64,000 nucleotides of DNA from Firmicutes bacterium UBA5286 (GTDB taxonomy: Bacteria > Bacillota > Proteinivoracia > UBA4975): NCBI GenBank assembly GCA_002408465.1, contig DHSM01000006.1:131392-195391 (forward strand), written 5' to 3'. Position 1 is the stretch's first letter; each line of letters begins with the position of its first letter. The notes beneath the pieces are model-generated. The model saw nothing but the letters and a program-made list of their open reading frames with translations. It had not been told where the DNA came from and ran no database searches. Both the position numbers and the translations under genes were made by a program. Shown here in pieces: positions 36,372-45,484 of the stretch.

Positions 36372-38456
36372 TTACTTGCCGTTTATCAGATTTTGTAAGC
36401 TTTGAATGAGTTCATTGATTTTAAACGGTTTAGGGAAAGCTGCATCAAAGCCGTATTCTTGCCAATTGGCCATGACAGGATCATTGGAATAGCCGCTGAT
36501 CACCACAGCCTTGACAGTTGGATCCAGCTTCCGCAGCTGGCCAATGGCTTCCTTGCCCCCCATGCCCCCGGGAATGACCAAGTCCATTATTACCGCATCG
36601 AATTTATAATTGTCAATGCTTTTTTGATAGAGCTTCAGCCCCTCAAGCCCATCCTTTGCCCAATCAACTCTGTAGCCATGCATTTCTAGCAGCTCCGACA
36701 GGGTCTGGGCGATAATTCTATTGTCTTCAATGATCAGAATATACCCGTCAGTTGGCTGGACAGTCCTTTCCGCTTCTTCTGGGAGAGACCCCGCCTTTGA
36801 AGCAGGCAGATAGACATTAAAGGTTGCGCCCGTCCCTTTCTGCGATTCAACTGCAATCACGCCCCCATGATTCTTGACTATAGAGAATGCCGTGGCCAGT
36901 CCAAGGCCGTTTCCCAGTTCTTTGGTGGTAAAAAAGGGATCGAATATATTATTGAGGTTTTCCGGGGCAATTCCCACCCCAGTATCTGTAACAGAGAAAC
37001 GGACATATGCGCCCTGGGGCAAAAGAAGGCTGCTGTCCTCATCGATTTCCACATTGCCGGCTTCAATTAGGATGGCGCCTCCCTCAGTCATAGCCTGCTG
37101 AGCGTTGAGGATCAGGTTGGCGATCACCTGTTTAATTTGACCTTGATCTATTTCGACGGCAGCCAACCCAAGCGCGATCTGAAATTTGGCCATGACTGCC
37201 GAGTCTTCCAGAACAAAAAGGACTGTATCCCGAAGGAGCGGGCCAAGCGCAGTTACTTTTTTTGCCGGTCTTCCGCCCTTGGCAAAGGTAAGAAGTTTCT
37301 TGGTCAGATCCTGAGCCTCAAAACAGGCGTCTTCTGCCAATTTTAAGTTTCTGACCACGCCTTCTTCATAAGTGGACATTATCTTTGCAACCTGAATGTG
37401 GCCTAAAATTGCGGTGAGGGCATTGTTAAAATTGTGGGCAATACCCCCGGCAAGGATCCCCAGAGATTCAAGTCTCTGGACATTCAAGAGCTCTGTTCTG
37501 GTTTCTTTCAGTTTTGCCGTCCGTTCTTCCACCAGCTCTTCCAGGTGCTTTTCATTCTTATTGAGCGCGCCGAACAAAAGAATATTTTCATAGGCCAGGG
37601 CTGAATAGGCGCTTAGCGTCATAATCAGTTCCCGGTCTTTGTCTGTATAAGCCGCAGTTTTATCCTCATCCCAGACGCAATGCCAGCCATAAGCACAGCC
37701 CGAGGTGGTAAAGGGCACCGCCAAACCGTAACCCCAGGAACCTGCTATCGGCCCCCAGCTCACAGGTGCAAGATCTCTCATAACCTGCTCCCCAATTGCC
37801 TCCGGCACTGACAGAGAAGATTCGCAGTTGCAGTTCTCACTTCTTCCCCAATAATAACGCTTTCCCCCATCGTCCAGGCAAATAGTTAAAAGGGAGTTGC
37901 AGTTTAAAAACTCACCTGCTGCACGGCTGGCACAGCTAAGGAGCTGCTCCGGGTTGCGTTGCGAAATTAGGCTGAAGCTCAAGTCCGCTAGGGTAGCCAG
38001 CTGCAAACCTGCTGTTAGAGAACTTGCCCCGAAAGGGGAATCGTATGGGGAAGAAGTATGCATAACTTTAGGGCTAACTTCTTTGCCGTTTTTGGCCAAG
38101 AGATCATTGACTGTAGCTAGGATATACTGGGGATCCGATGGCTTAGGGATTACCTGACAGGTCCCGCATTTCTGGCCCAAACTCAGCTCCCCCTGGAGGC
38201 GGCAGGTGGCGGAATAAAAGATAATTGGTGTATCTTCCTTGCCTGGCAGCGAACGCAATTGGCGAGCAAACTCAATGCCGTCTATAGTTGGCAGCAAAAT
38301 ATCGCTGATTATTAAATCTGGATGATTGGCTTGAACCAAGCTTAAAGCAGCCGTGCCGTCAGTAGCTTCTAACACCCGGTGCCCCAAACTGGTGAACAAA
38401 TTTGTTAAGACCTGGCGACTCAGGGCATGGTCTTCAACAATCATAATTTCAGCCAA
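36372..38456 (-). CDS. Hybrid sensor histidine kinase (REC-GAF-HisKA-HATPase-REC)
   Basis: N-terminal REC (IMIVEDHALSRQVLTNLF...DLIISDILLP), HisKA box HNFNNALTAILG, HATPase G-boxes and C-terminal REC (ILIIEDNRIIAQTL...DAVIMDLVIP). Confidence 0.85.
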   Translation of the reverse strand: MAEIMIVEDHALSRQVLTNLFTSLGHRVLEATDGTAALSLVQANHPDLIISDILLPTIDGIEFARQLRSLPGKEDTPIIFYSATCRLQGELSLGQKCGTCQVIPKPSDPQYILATVNDLLAKNGKEVSPKVMHTSSPYDSPFGASSLTAGLQLATLADLSFSLISQRNPEQLLSCASRAAGEFLNCNSLLTICLDDGGKRYYWGRSENCNCESSLSVPEAIGEQVMRDLAPVSWGPIAGSWGYGLAVPFTTSGCAYGWHCVWDEDKTAAYTDKDRELIMTLSAYSALAYENILLFGALNKNEKHLEELVEERTAKLKETRTELLNVQRLESLGILAGGIAHNFNNALTAILGHIQVAKIMSTYEEGVVRNLKLAEDACFEAQDLTKKLLTFAKGGRPAKKVTALGPLLRDTVLFVLEDSAVMAKFQIALGLAAVEIDQGQIKQVIANLILNAQQAMTEGGAILIEAGNVEIDEDSSLLLPQGAYVRFSVTDTGVGIAPENLNNIFDPFFTTKELGNGLGLATAFSIVKNHGGVIAVESQKGTGATFNVYLPASKAGSLPEEAERTVQPTDGYILIIEDNRIIAQTLSELLEMHGYRVDWAKDGLEGLKLYQKSIDNYKFDAVIMDLVIPGGMGGKEAIGQLRKLDPTVKAVVISGYSNDPVMANWQEYGFDAAFPKPFKINELIQSLQNLINGK

Positions 38457-38460
38457 TTTT

Positions 38461-38838
38461 TCATCCCCTTACTCTTTCTACCAGAGCCGTAATCTGCGAG
38501 GCAAAAGTCTCCGGTTCAATGGGTTTGCTGATATAAAAATCAAAGCCTCCCTTGAGCAGTTTTTCCCGGTCTCCCACCATTGCAAGAGCAGTTACCGCCA
38601 CCAGGGGTGTTTCAGCCATGGCAGGTTGGGCCTTTAAAGCTGCGGCGACCTGATAACCATCTACCCCCGGCAAGTGTACATCACAGATAATCAAATCCGG
38701 CTTCTTCCCGGCTAATTCCAGGCCCTCTTGACCATCAAGGGCAGAGAAAATACTGAAACCAGCAGTTTCGAGAAGGTAGGTCATCAGCTGAAGACTTATG
38801 AGATTATCCTCGATAATCAGAACTTTTTTTGGCATCAT
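38461..38838 (-). CDS. Single-domain response regulator (CheY-like REC)
   Basis: VLIIEDNLISLQLMTYLL...DLIICDVHLPGVDG...K motif set. Confidence 0.85.
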   Translation of the reverse strand: MMPKKVLIIEDNLISLQLMTYLLETAGFSIFSALDGQEGLELAGKKPDLIICDVHLPGVDGYQVAAALKAQPAMAETPLVAVTALAMVGDREKLLKGGFDFYISKPIEPETFASQITALVERVRG

Positions 38839-40220
38839 TATTGTTCACTTATGCCTTTTAGAATGAGAGTAAACTCGGAGCCTTTGCCAAGCTCGCTGCT
38901 AACGGCAATCTGGCCGCCTATAGATTCGGCCAACATATTGCTAAGATACAGTCCCAAGCCAGCGCCATCGCTGCGGGGAGGACCGACCCGGGTAAAGGCT
39001 TGAAACAGCTTGTCCAAATCCCCAGGCTTAATGCCAATTCCGGTATCGACAACGCTTAGCTCTAGCGCCTCATCGCCATTAGATTTGACAATAATATTAA
39101 TTTCTCCGTTTTCGGTATTCTTAATGGCATTATCAATAAGGTTTATCAGTATCTGGCTTAAGATCCGGCGATCAGTGCAGATGGGCAGGTCTGGGTTTGG
39201 AACACTGATCTTCAGGGCCAAGCCCTTATTTTCTGCCATTAAAGCCATAGTTGAGGCGATTTTCTTGACAAATTCCCCGCAGGAAAATAACTCCCGCTTG
39301 ATCTCTATTTCTCCCGACTCAATCTTGGATAAATCCAGGAGATCGTTGATTAGCGACAACAGGTGCTTGGCGCTGACCGAAATATTATTCAGCTGCCTCT
39401 CCTGGTCCCGGGTGAGGGGACCAGGCAGCCGCATCAGCAGCGTCCCGGTAAACCCAATTATTGCGTTGAGAGGGGTGCGCAGTTCGTGGCTCATCCTGGC
39501 CAGGAAATTATCCTTGGCATCGCAGGCCTTTTTTAACTGCTGATTAATTTCCTGCAATTTATCTTCCGCCAAATGGCGGTGTTTTATTTCATCAATGAGC
39601 TGAATATTGGCGGACCGCAAAGCAGCTGTCCGCTGTTCGACTCTTGTCTCCAAAGAGGCGTAAGCCTTGCGCACTTCCTCCTCTGCCTTCTCTCGCTCTG
39701 TGACATCCCGGATGACCAAAATGCTGCCAGCTGCCTGGCCCTGGTCATTAAAGATAGTTTCAGCGTTAAAATCAATGGGAATCTCTCTGCCATCACGGGA
39801 TACCATTACACCCCGGTTTACAACTTTGGCCCCCTCTTCCGGCAGTGCTGGCCTTGGGTCCTCAGCCGGCCCACCTGAATCCTTAAGGGCAAAAACCTCC
39901 TCCAGCTTTTTTGTGGAGGCATCTGCAACCTTACAGCCAGTCAAGTGTTCCGCCACCGGGTTCATAAAAATCACCCGGTTGCCTGCATCGGCTGCAATCA
40001 CCCCATCTCCGATACTGCGCAAAATCGTCAAAAACCAGCTCTCCCCCAACCTGTGCCTAATCTTAGAGGCATCTGTGCCTTTTTCTAGGTCAACCAATTC
40101 TTTACTTGCGGTCAAAACTCTCCCCCCAAAATTAATAACTTGGCGCCGATTTAGCCCTGCCTGGAGTCCTGTGAGCCCCCGCTCTGGCCCCCTTTGAATA
40201 TATAACCTGAATGTATCCAA
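38838..40220 (-). CDS. PAS-domain sensor histidine kinase
   Basis: PAS (ILRSIGDGVIAAD...), HisKA H-box SHELRTPLNAI and HATPase (DTGIGI, GLGL). The start codon is uncertain: the track start is TTG without SD. Confidence 0.8.
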   Translation of the reverse strand: MDTFRLYIQRGPERGLTGLQAGLNRRQVINFGGRVLTASKELVDLEKGTDASKIRHRLGESWFLTILRSIGDGVIAADAGNRVIFMNPVAEHLTGCKVADASTKKLEEVFALKDSGGPAEDPRPALPEEGAKVVNRGVMVSRDGREIPIDFNAETIFNDQGQAAGSILVIRDVTEREKAEEEVRKAYASLETRVEQRTAALRSANIQLIDEIKHRHLAEDKLQEINQQLKKACDAKDNFLARMSHELRTPLNAIIGFTGTLLMRLPGPLTRDQERQLNNISVSAKHLLSLINDLLDLSKIESGEIEIKRELFSCGEFVKKIASTMALMAENKGLALKISVPNPDLPICTDRRILSQILINLIDNAIKNTENGEINIIVKSNGDEALELSVVDTGIGIKPGDLDKLFQAFTRVGPPRSDGAGLGLYLSNMLAESIGGQIAVSSELGKGSEFTLILKGISEQ

Positions 40221-40353
40221 ATACTACAATTAGAAAAAGGCTTCCAGGGCAATCCCCACTAGAAAATACGAGCAAAAGAAAGAAAAACGCTAGAAATATC
40301 AGGGCAAAGGGATAAAGCTTATTAAAAAACTCCGTTTTAGACCTTTACTGACT

Positions 40354-40382
40354 TTGACCATTCCTGACCATGGTGATAGATT
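40354..40382 (+). promoter_or_regulatory. Candidate promoter of hsp20 (TTGACC, 17-nt spacer, TAGATT)
   Basis: Sequence pattern only. No CIRCE element seen. Confidence 0.3.
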
Positions 40383-40447
40383 ATAGATGAAGCAACAGGT
40401 AATAAAGGCCTGTAATCAAGGAAATAAAAATACTGGAGGTGCTACTT

Positions 40448-40861
40448 ATGTTTGAATTGACTCCCTACTCCCGCAGTCGCATGTTGCCCGGTTCCTGGCT
40501 CCGCGACTTCTTTACTGATGACTTTTTCGGTGGCCTCTCTACTATTAAAGCTGATATCTTTGCAGAAGGGGACAACCTGGTCATCGAGGCAGAATTGCCT
40601 GGGTTCAACAAAGATGACGTCAAGGTCAAAGTCAATGATAAGCAGCTGACCATTTCCGCTCAGCGCAAGGATGCAAACGAAGAAAGGTCAGAAGACTATA
40701 TCCGCAGAGAGCGCAGCGTCAGCCAGGTCTGCAGAACTTTCATCGTCGAAAATCTTGATGCAGACCAAATTCAAGCGAAATTTGAAAACGGCTTGCTGCG
40801 GCTGACAATGCCAAAACCTCAAGAACTGCAGCCGAAAGTCAAGGAAATTCACATCAAATAA
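40448..40861 (+). CDS. Hsp20/alpha-crystallin small heat-shock protein
   Basis: Alpha-crystallin domain (DIFAEGDNLVIEAELPGFNKDDVKVKV...LLRLTMPK). ATG after GGAGGTG. Confidence 0.9.
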   Translation: MFELTPYSRSRMLPGSWLRDFFTDDFFGGLSTIKADIFAEGDNLVIEAELPGFNKDDVKVKVNDKQLTISAQRKDANEERSEDYIRRERSVSQVCRTFIVENLDADQIQAKFENGLLRLTMPKPQELQPKVKEIHIK

Positions 40862-40877
40862 ACTATCCCCTCCTTAT

Positions 40878-40908
40878 CCCGCCCCCTGGGCGGGAGTATT
40901 TTTTCTCA
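40878..40908 (+). terminator. Rho-independent terminator of hsp20
   Basis: cccgcccc-ctgg-gcggg then agtatttttt. Confidence 0.7.
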
Positions 40909-40997
40909 TGTATAAACCTTAATCACTATAACATGAAGCATATAAAAAAAATGTCGAATTCTGTCTCCTGTTCACAGAAATCCTGATAAAGTACAAT

Positions 40998-41036
40998 TTA
41001 AAAAAGACCCCCCTTGCTCTCGGTAAGCGGGGGCCA
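40998..41036 (-). terminator. Terminator after the racemase gene (end of the ECF operon)
   Basis: gaccccccttgc...gcgggggcc hairpin, A6 before on plus and T-run after on minus. Confidence 0.6.
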
Positions 41037-41043
41037 ATTGATA

Positions 41044-41733
41044 TCACATATACAAGCCGGTTTTACAGACGGATAATTTAGCGTCAAGAATGGCGTTTAG
41101 TGTTACGATACCAGTTTTTATTGGGTCAATCACAGGGATGCCTACCTGGGCTTCAATCTCATCGCCAATCATTGTCATTCCCGCGCAACCCAGCAACAAA
41201 ACTTCTGCACCTTTTGCTTTCGCTGCTTTTGATGAGTTCAAAATACTGTTTCTGAGAACTTCTTTATCGTTGACAAAGTCTGCAATCGGCAAATTAAAGG
41301 TTTCCACTGAAGCAATTCGCGCTTCAAGACCATATGCTTTTACCGTAGCTTCCATCATTGGTTTGGCCTTCGTTGAAGAAGCAAGAATAGAAAACTTAAA
41401 CCCTAAGAGCAAGGCTATGGACATTGCACATTCGGCAATGCCGATTACGGGGACCGGGCAGATTTCCTTTAACGCATATAGACAGGGGTCGCCGAAACAT
41501 GCAAGCAACACGCCATCATATTGTTTCCCCGTCGCCTGCAACTGATTCAGATATTTTATAACCTCAGTTCCAGCTACTGTATAATCAACGAAACTCTCCA
41601 GAACCTCAGGCGCGTCAGGCATCTTGACAACAGTAACGGCAAGATCCGGAATGTTGAGCCTGGAAACGGTGTCTTGGATATCAGAAGTCATTTTTTCGGA
41701 GCTGTTAGGATTGATTAATAGTATTTGTTTCAT
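41044..41733 (-). CDS. Asp/Glu/hydantoin racemase family protein
   Basis: About 230 aa with paired Cys-containing motifs (LLACFGDPCL, LLLGCAGMT) typical of PF01177 racemases. Confidence 0.75.
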   Translation of the reverse strand: MKQILLINPNSSEKMTSDIQDTVSRLNIPDLAVTVVKMPDAPEVLESFVDYTVAGTEVIKYLNQLQATGKQYDGVLLACFGDPCLYALKEICPVPVIGIAECAMSIALLLGFKFSILASSTKAKPMMEATVKAYGLEARIASVETFNLPIADFVNDKEVLRNSILNSSKAAKAKGAEVLLLGCAGMTMIGDEIEAQVGIPVIDPIKTGIVTLNAILDAKLSVCKTGLYM

Positions 41734-41750
41734 ATTAACCTCCCCAGGGG

Positions 41751-42611
41751 TTATTTGCCAACGGGCTGCTTAGCAAGTTGGCGCCACTGCTCAAACATCT
41801 TTTCTGGAGAAATAATGTTATTGTCAAAGCCGACAGATTCTAAACGCTGAGCCAGCCTTGTAACTTGAGGTGGCTTAATATTGGCTTTTTCCAGCAGTTC
41901 AGTCTGGGCAAACACTTCCTGGACGCTGCCCTCTGAAAGCACGCGCCCGCCGGTCATGACTACCACACGTTTGGCATACTCGGCTACAATATCCATTTCA
42001 TGAGTAATAATGATAATTGTATGGCCATGCTTTTCGTTGAGCATTTTCAGGAATTCCATTACTTCGATAGACTGTTTGTAGTCCTGTCCCGTGGTTGGTT
42101 CATCAACAATAATTACTTTTGGACGCAAAGATAAAATGGAGGCGATGGCAATCCGCTGGCGAATACCCTTTACTTGAAAAAAAGGATGCTCTTCAAATAC
42201 TTCAGGAGTAACTCCTGCAATCGCTGCAGCCTCTGTAACCCGCTGTTTGACTTCATCTTCAGGAATCCGCAAATTGCGGGGGGCATAGGCGATTTCGTCA
42301 TAGATATTGTTATTAAACAACTGATGGTCAGGGTTTTGGAAGACATAGCCAATATTTTTGACCAGTTCCGTACAATCCTTGGTATGAACTACGTCAATGC
42401 CATTAACCTTGATTGTTCCGCTGGTAGCTTTCAGAATCCCGTTGAGGCATTTGGAAAAAGTTGTTTTGCCACAGCCGTTGGTGCCGATAAACGCAATAAA
42501 CTCTCCATCATAAAAATCAATGGATATATCTTCAATTGCTTTAGTGCCATCGGGATAGCAAAAAACTAAATCCTTGACTTCAATTATTTTGCTCTTCTCC
42601 ACATTACTCAT
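41751..42611 (-). CDS. ECF transporter ATPase, EcfA2-type
   Basis: Walker A GTNGCGKTT, Q-loop, signature, Walker B IIVDEPTTGQD. 8-nt overlap with the upstream EcfA gene. Confidence 0.85.
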   Translation of the reverse strand: MSNVEKSKIIEVKDLVFCYPDGTKAIEDISIDFYDGEFIAFIGTNGCGKTTFSKCLNGILKATSGTIKVNGIDVVHTKDCTELVKNIGYVFQNPDHQLFNNNIYDEIAYAPRNLRIPEDEVKQRVTEAAAIAGVTPEVFEEHPFFQVKGIRQRIAIASILSLRPKVIIVDEPTTGQDYKQSIEVMEFLKMLNEKHGHTIIIITHEMDIVAEYAKRVVVMTGGRVLSEGSVQEVFAQTELLEKANIKPPQVTRLAQRLESVGFDNNIISPEKMFEQWRQLAKQPVGK

Positions 42612-43458
42612 CTCCCTTCAGATAACCTTTAACAGTCTTTTCGATTTCTTCCAATTGAATGGGAGAGTGTTCGCCTTTGTTGCGGCTGGCGTTGACCATA
42701 TGCATAAATTTAATGGCGCCGGGAACGCGAATGCTCTTCTCGCTGATGAAATCCAAATCATCAAAGAATGTCTCTGTGGCGCCATATTTTTCAATCTGGC
42801 CGTCATGGACCAAAATCAGTTTATCAGCCAGTTCCACAAGCTTTTCAACATTGTGTTCGACAACAATTACAGTGAGGTTAAGCTGTTCTTTCATAATCCG
42901 CAAGAGATCGAAAACCATATCCTTGGAGATAGGATCCAACATTGAAGTTGGTTCGTCCAATATTATAATCTTAGGCTTCATAGCAATAATCGAGGCTATA
43001 GCTACTCGTTGCTTTTGCCCGCCGGAAAGGTCATAAGGAGGCTTTTCCAATAAACCTTCAATATTGGTGAGTTTGCATACCCACTCCAGACGTTTGCCAA
43101 TTTCTTCTACATCGCAGCCGATGTTTTCCAAGCCAAAGGAAATTTCCTCTTCGACGCTCATAGAAGTAAACTGGGCATCTGGGTCTGCGAAGACCATGCC
43201 AACAGTGCGTGCCAGTTCACGTGGGCTGGAATCACGGTTTAATTTTCCAAAAAGCTTGACGTCGCCCTTGTAAATACCATTATAATTTTCCGGAATAATA
43301 CCTTTTATGGCGGCAACAAGTGATGTTTTACCTGCTTCATTGGGTCCGATTACGCCGATAAATTGATTCTCTTCAATTTCCAGGTTAATTCCCTTTAATG
43401 CAGGTGTTTCTCGACCTTCATAACGCCAAATTAGATCTTTTATTTCAATTGCGTTCAT
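42604..43458 (-). CDS. ECF transporter ATPase, EcfA1-type
   Basis: Walker A GPNEAGKTS, signature LSGGQKQRVAIASI, Walker B IILDEPTSMLD. Confidence 0.85.
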   Translation of the reverse strand: MNAIEIKDLIWRYEGRETPALKGINLEIEENQFIGVIGPNEAGKTSLVAAIKGIIPENYNGIYKGDVKLFGKLNRDSSPRELARTVGMVFADPDAQFTSMSVEEEISFGLENIGCDVEEIGKRLEWVCKLTNIEGLLEKPPYDLSGGQKQRVAIASIIAMKPKIIILDEPTSMLDPISKDMVFDLLRIMKEQLNLTVIVVEHNVEKLVELADKLILVHDGQIEKYGATETFFDDLDFISEKSIRVPGAIKFMHMVNASRNKGEHSPIQLEEIEKTVKGYLKGDE

Positions 43459-43470
43459 TAGATTTCCCCC

Positions 43471-44355
43471 TTACAGATTGAACCAAGTATGGCGTAAAGT
43501 GCGATAGAGCCAAGCATTTTCAAGAGAGAAGGAATCCACCACCAGATCAAAGTACACTACTGCAAGAGAAGCGGCAATAATTGTGGCAATAATCCATTTA
43601 TCAGTACGCTGGAGTTTCATTTTATGCTTTAGATAATCCGGACGCTTTTTGCCGTCAACTTTGCCAGATAATTCTGTGCCCTTTGAAAAAAGCCCAATGC
43701 TGATATCTTCACATTTACGAATGGACAGAGTAAACAGAGGCACAAGGTACATAGAAAAATGTTTTACCTTGCCGCCAAAGGAAAGGTTTCTTACATCTAG
43801 GCCACGGGCTTGTTCCGCTTCCCTGATGATAGCGTAGTCCTCCAAAAAAATGCCGGCGGAACGCAAAATCAAGCCAAAAAAGTAAGATACGATGAAGGGA
43901 AATCCTAATGTCCGGAAACCTACAAGGATGTCCCGTTCCCTGTTAGTCGAAAAATAAAAAATCGATGCAAGCAAGAGAGCAATGATGCGAATATAGATAC
44001 TCATTGCCCACATAAATGAATGGAAATGAGCGTTAAATCTGCCGATGGAAAAGATGATTAGACCTTCTTCTGTATTAATGGGGAAGAAGAAATAAGTCAG
44101 ATTGATAATTATTCCGACAGTGATCATCATCGGCAAAAAGATTTTCAGGCGGCTCAAATTAACATGAGAATATTTGAGCATAAAGAAGATAATTATAATA
44201 AACAAAACATTATATTCAGGAGCTTCGATAAAAAGCGGGAGAAGACCAGTAGCTAAAAACAAGATTAGACGAGCAACTGGATGCAAAGCATACATTGGCG
44301 ATTCAGCAGGAATATAGCCGATAATTGTTCTTTGCATTTTCCTGGTTTGTTCCAT
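43471..44355 (-). CDS. ECF transporter transmembrane T component (EcfT/CbiQ family)
   Basis: 5-6 TM. Start at MEQTRKMQ preceded by GGAGGA. Confidence 0.8.
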   Translation of the reverse strand: MEQTRKMQRTIIGYIPAESPMYALHPVARLILFLATGLLPLFIEAPEYNVLFIIIIFFMLKYSHVNLSRLKIFLPMMITVGIIINLTYFFFPINTEEGLIIFSIGRFNAHFHSFMWAMSIYIRIIALLLASIFYFSTNRERDILVGFRTLGFPFIVSYFFGLILRSAGIFLEDYAIIREAEQARGLDVRNLSFGGKVKHFSMYLVPLFTLSIRKCEDISIGLFSKGTELSGKVDGKKRPDYLKHKMKLQRTDKWIIATIIAASLAVVYFDLVVDSFSLENAWLYRTLRHTWFNL

Positions 44356-44396
44356 ATCTATCCTCCGATCGTTGATGCAAATTTTTATGAAGAAAG

Positions 44397-44437
44397 CCAC
44401 AAATATTGTTGTGTGATTGATTGGGAATTCCCTATCA
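44397..44437 (-). promoter_or_regulatory. 13-bp perfect-stem hairpin between the S-component and EcfT genes
   Basis: ttgtgtgattgat-tgggaattcccta-tcaatcacacaac, with no T-run after it on the coding strand. Confidence 0.5.
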
Positions 44438-44512
44438 ATCACACAACTTTTTAGATTAAATTATTTGACGATTAGATCACTCTATTAACAGCAAATTGAT
44501 AAATGCTGTAAC

Positions 44513-45121
44513 CTATGCCCAGTATCCTTTGCAAAAAGTCTTTGTTCTGATAACAATCGGTGAGATGAACTTCAGCATGACTACACCCAAAACCCAGGAT
44601 GCGATTGAATTGCCAACGAACCAGCCGATGAAAACAGTGAGATGTGCACCTGGAGCGATTAAGCCGAACCATTTTAAGACAAAACTTCCCCAACCAGCGC
44701 CAAGAATATTCGAAACGATAATACCCCATACTGTAAAAATAATCCAGTCTTTTGCTGACTTCAGACGCGGGTCAGCCTTGAACTGGCGGAATGCCCAGCC
44801 AGCAATAATAGATTGGGCCAGGTTTCCGGGAATGTAGGCCAGTGATACAGGAAGCGGAGCTGAGCCAGAGATCATATTGGAAATAATGGGGAAAATGAAA
44901 CCTGCAATGCCTCCCCAGGCACCATACCAAATAGAACCAACGCTTTGAATAGCTTGGCCTGGCCAAAAAGCAGTAACATAGCCAAGGGGGACAGCAAGGC
45001 TACCAAAAGTACCCACGACAACGCCAATCCCTGCAAACAGCGCCATCATAACAAAATGCGCTAAACCAGGTTTGCGAACCTCGCCCTCTTGCAGTTGCCA
45101 GACACTTCCGACGTTTGCCAT
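44513..45121 (-). CDS. ECF transporter substrate-specific S component (substrate unknown)
   Basis: 202 aa, about 6 TM and Gly/Trp-rich, placed first in an S-T-A-A operon. AGGAGG RBS 9 nt upstream. Confidence 0.55.
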   Translation of the reverse strand: MANVGSVWQLQEGEVRKPGLAHFVMMALFAGIGVVVGTFGSLAVPLGYVTAFWPGQAIQSVGSIWYGAWGGIAGFIFPIISNMISGSAPLPVSLAYIPGNLAQSIIAGWAFRQFKADPRLKSAKDWIIFTVWGIIVSNILGAGWGSFVLKWFGLIAPGAHLTVFIGWFVGNSIASWVLGVVMLKFISPIVIRTKTFCKGYWA

Positions 45122-45386
45122 TTTTCGTGGCCTCCTAATTAGTATTTAGCCAAACAAATTTTTTTTGGCTTGGCTAAGAATACCATAATATTTTTTAGTT
45201 GTAAACACCTTTTTTTTGGTAAGAAAAGAGCCGCTTCCTGAAAAAACATGATAACCCTTCAGGATAGACCATTCTCTTACAGGTGCAATTTTATAATGCC
45301 CAAGATATTCAGTTCTTATATCTAAATTAGAAAACCATTGACATAAAAAATAAATAAGCAGCATCAAAAATATGTATGAAAATCTG

Positions 45387-45414
45387 TTGACTGTCCTCTA
45401 AAATATGTTATTAT
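45387..45414 (+). promoter_or_regulatory. Promoter of the ygeX-ygeY-ygeW operon (TTGACT, 16-nt spacer, TATTAT)
   Basis: Near-consensus hexamers about 70 nt upstream of the first ATG. Confidence 0.5.
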
Positions 45415-45425
45415 GGGTTTAGAGT

Positions 45426-45442
45426 CCTAAAAATGTTTTAGG
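45426..45442 (+). promoter_or_regulatory. Operator-like 7-3-7 palindrome just downstream of the -10
   Basis: CCTAAAA-atg-TTTTAGG. Confidence 0.4.
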
Positions 45443-45484
45443 GTAACGCAATTATTTTTAGCAGATTAGACTTTAGAAAGGAGC

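Noticed and set aside
40221-40438. CIRCE/HrcA operator upstream of hsp20
   Set aside because: No TTAGCACTC-N9-GAGTGCTAA-like inverted repeat is present. Only a moderate sigma-A-like promoter was found.
45122-45480. Known riboswitch in the long leader of the ECF S-component gene
   Set aside because: I could not recognise any conserved riboswitch core (THI-box, preQ1, FMN, SAM, cobalamin) by eye. Part of the region is explained by the divergent ygeX promoter.
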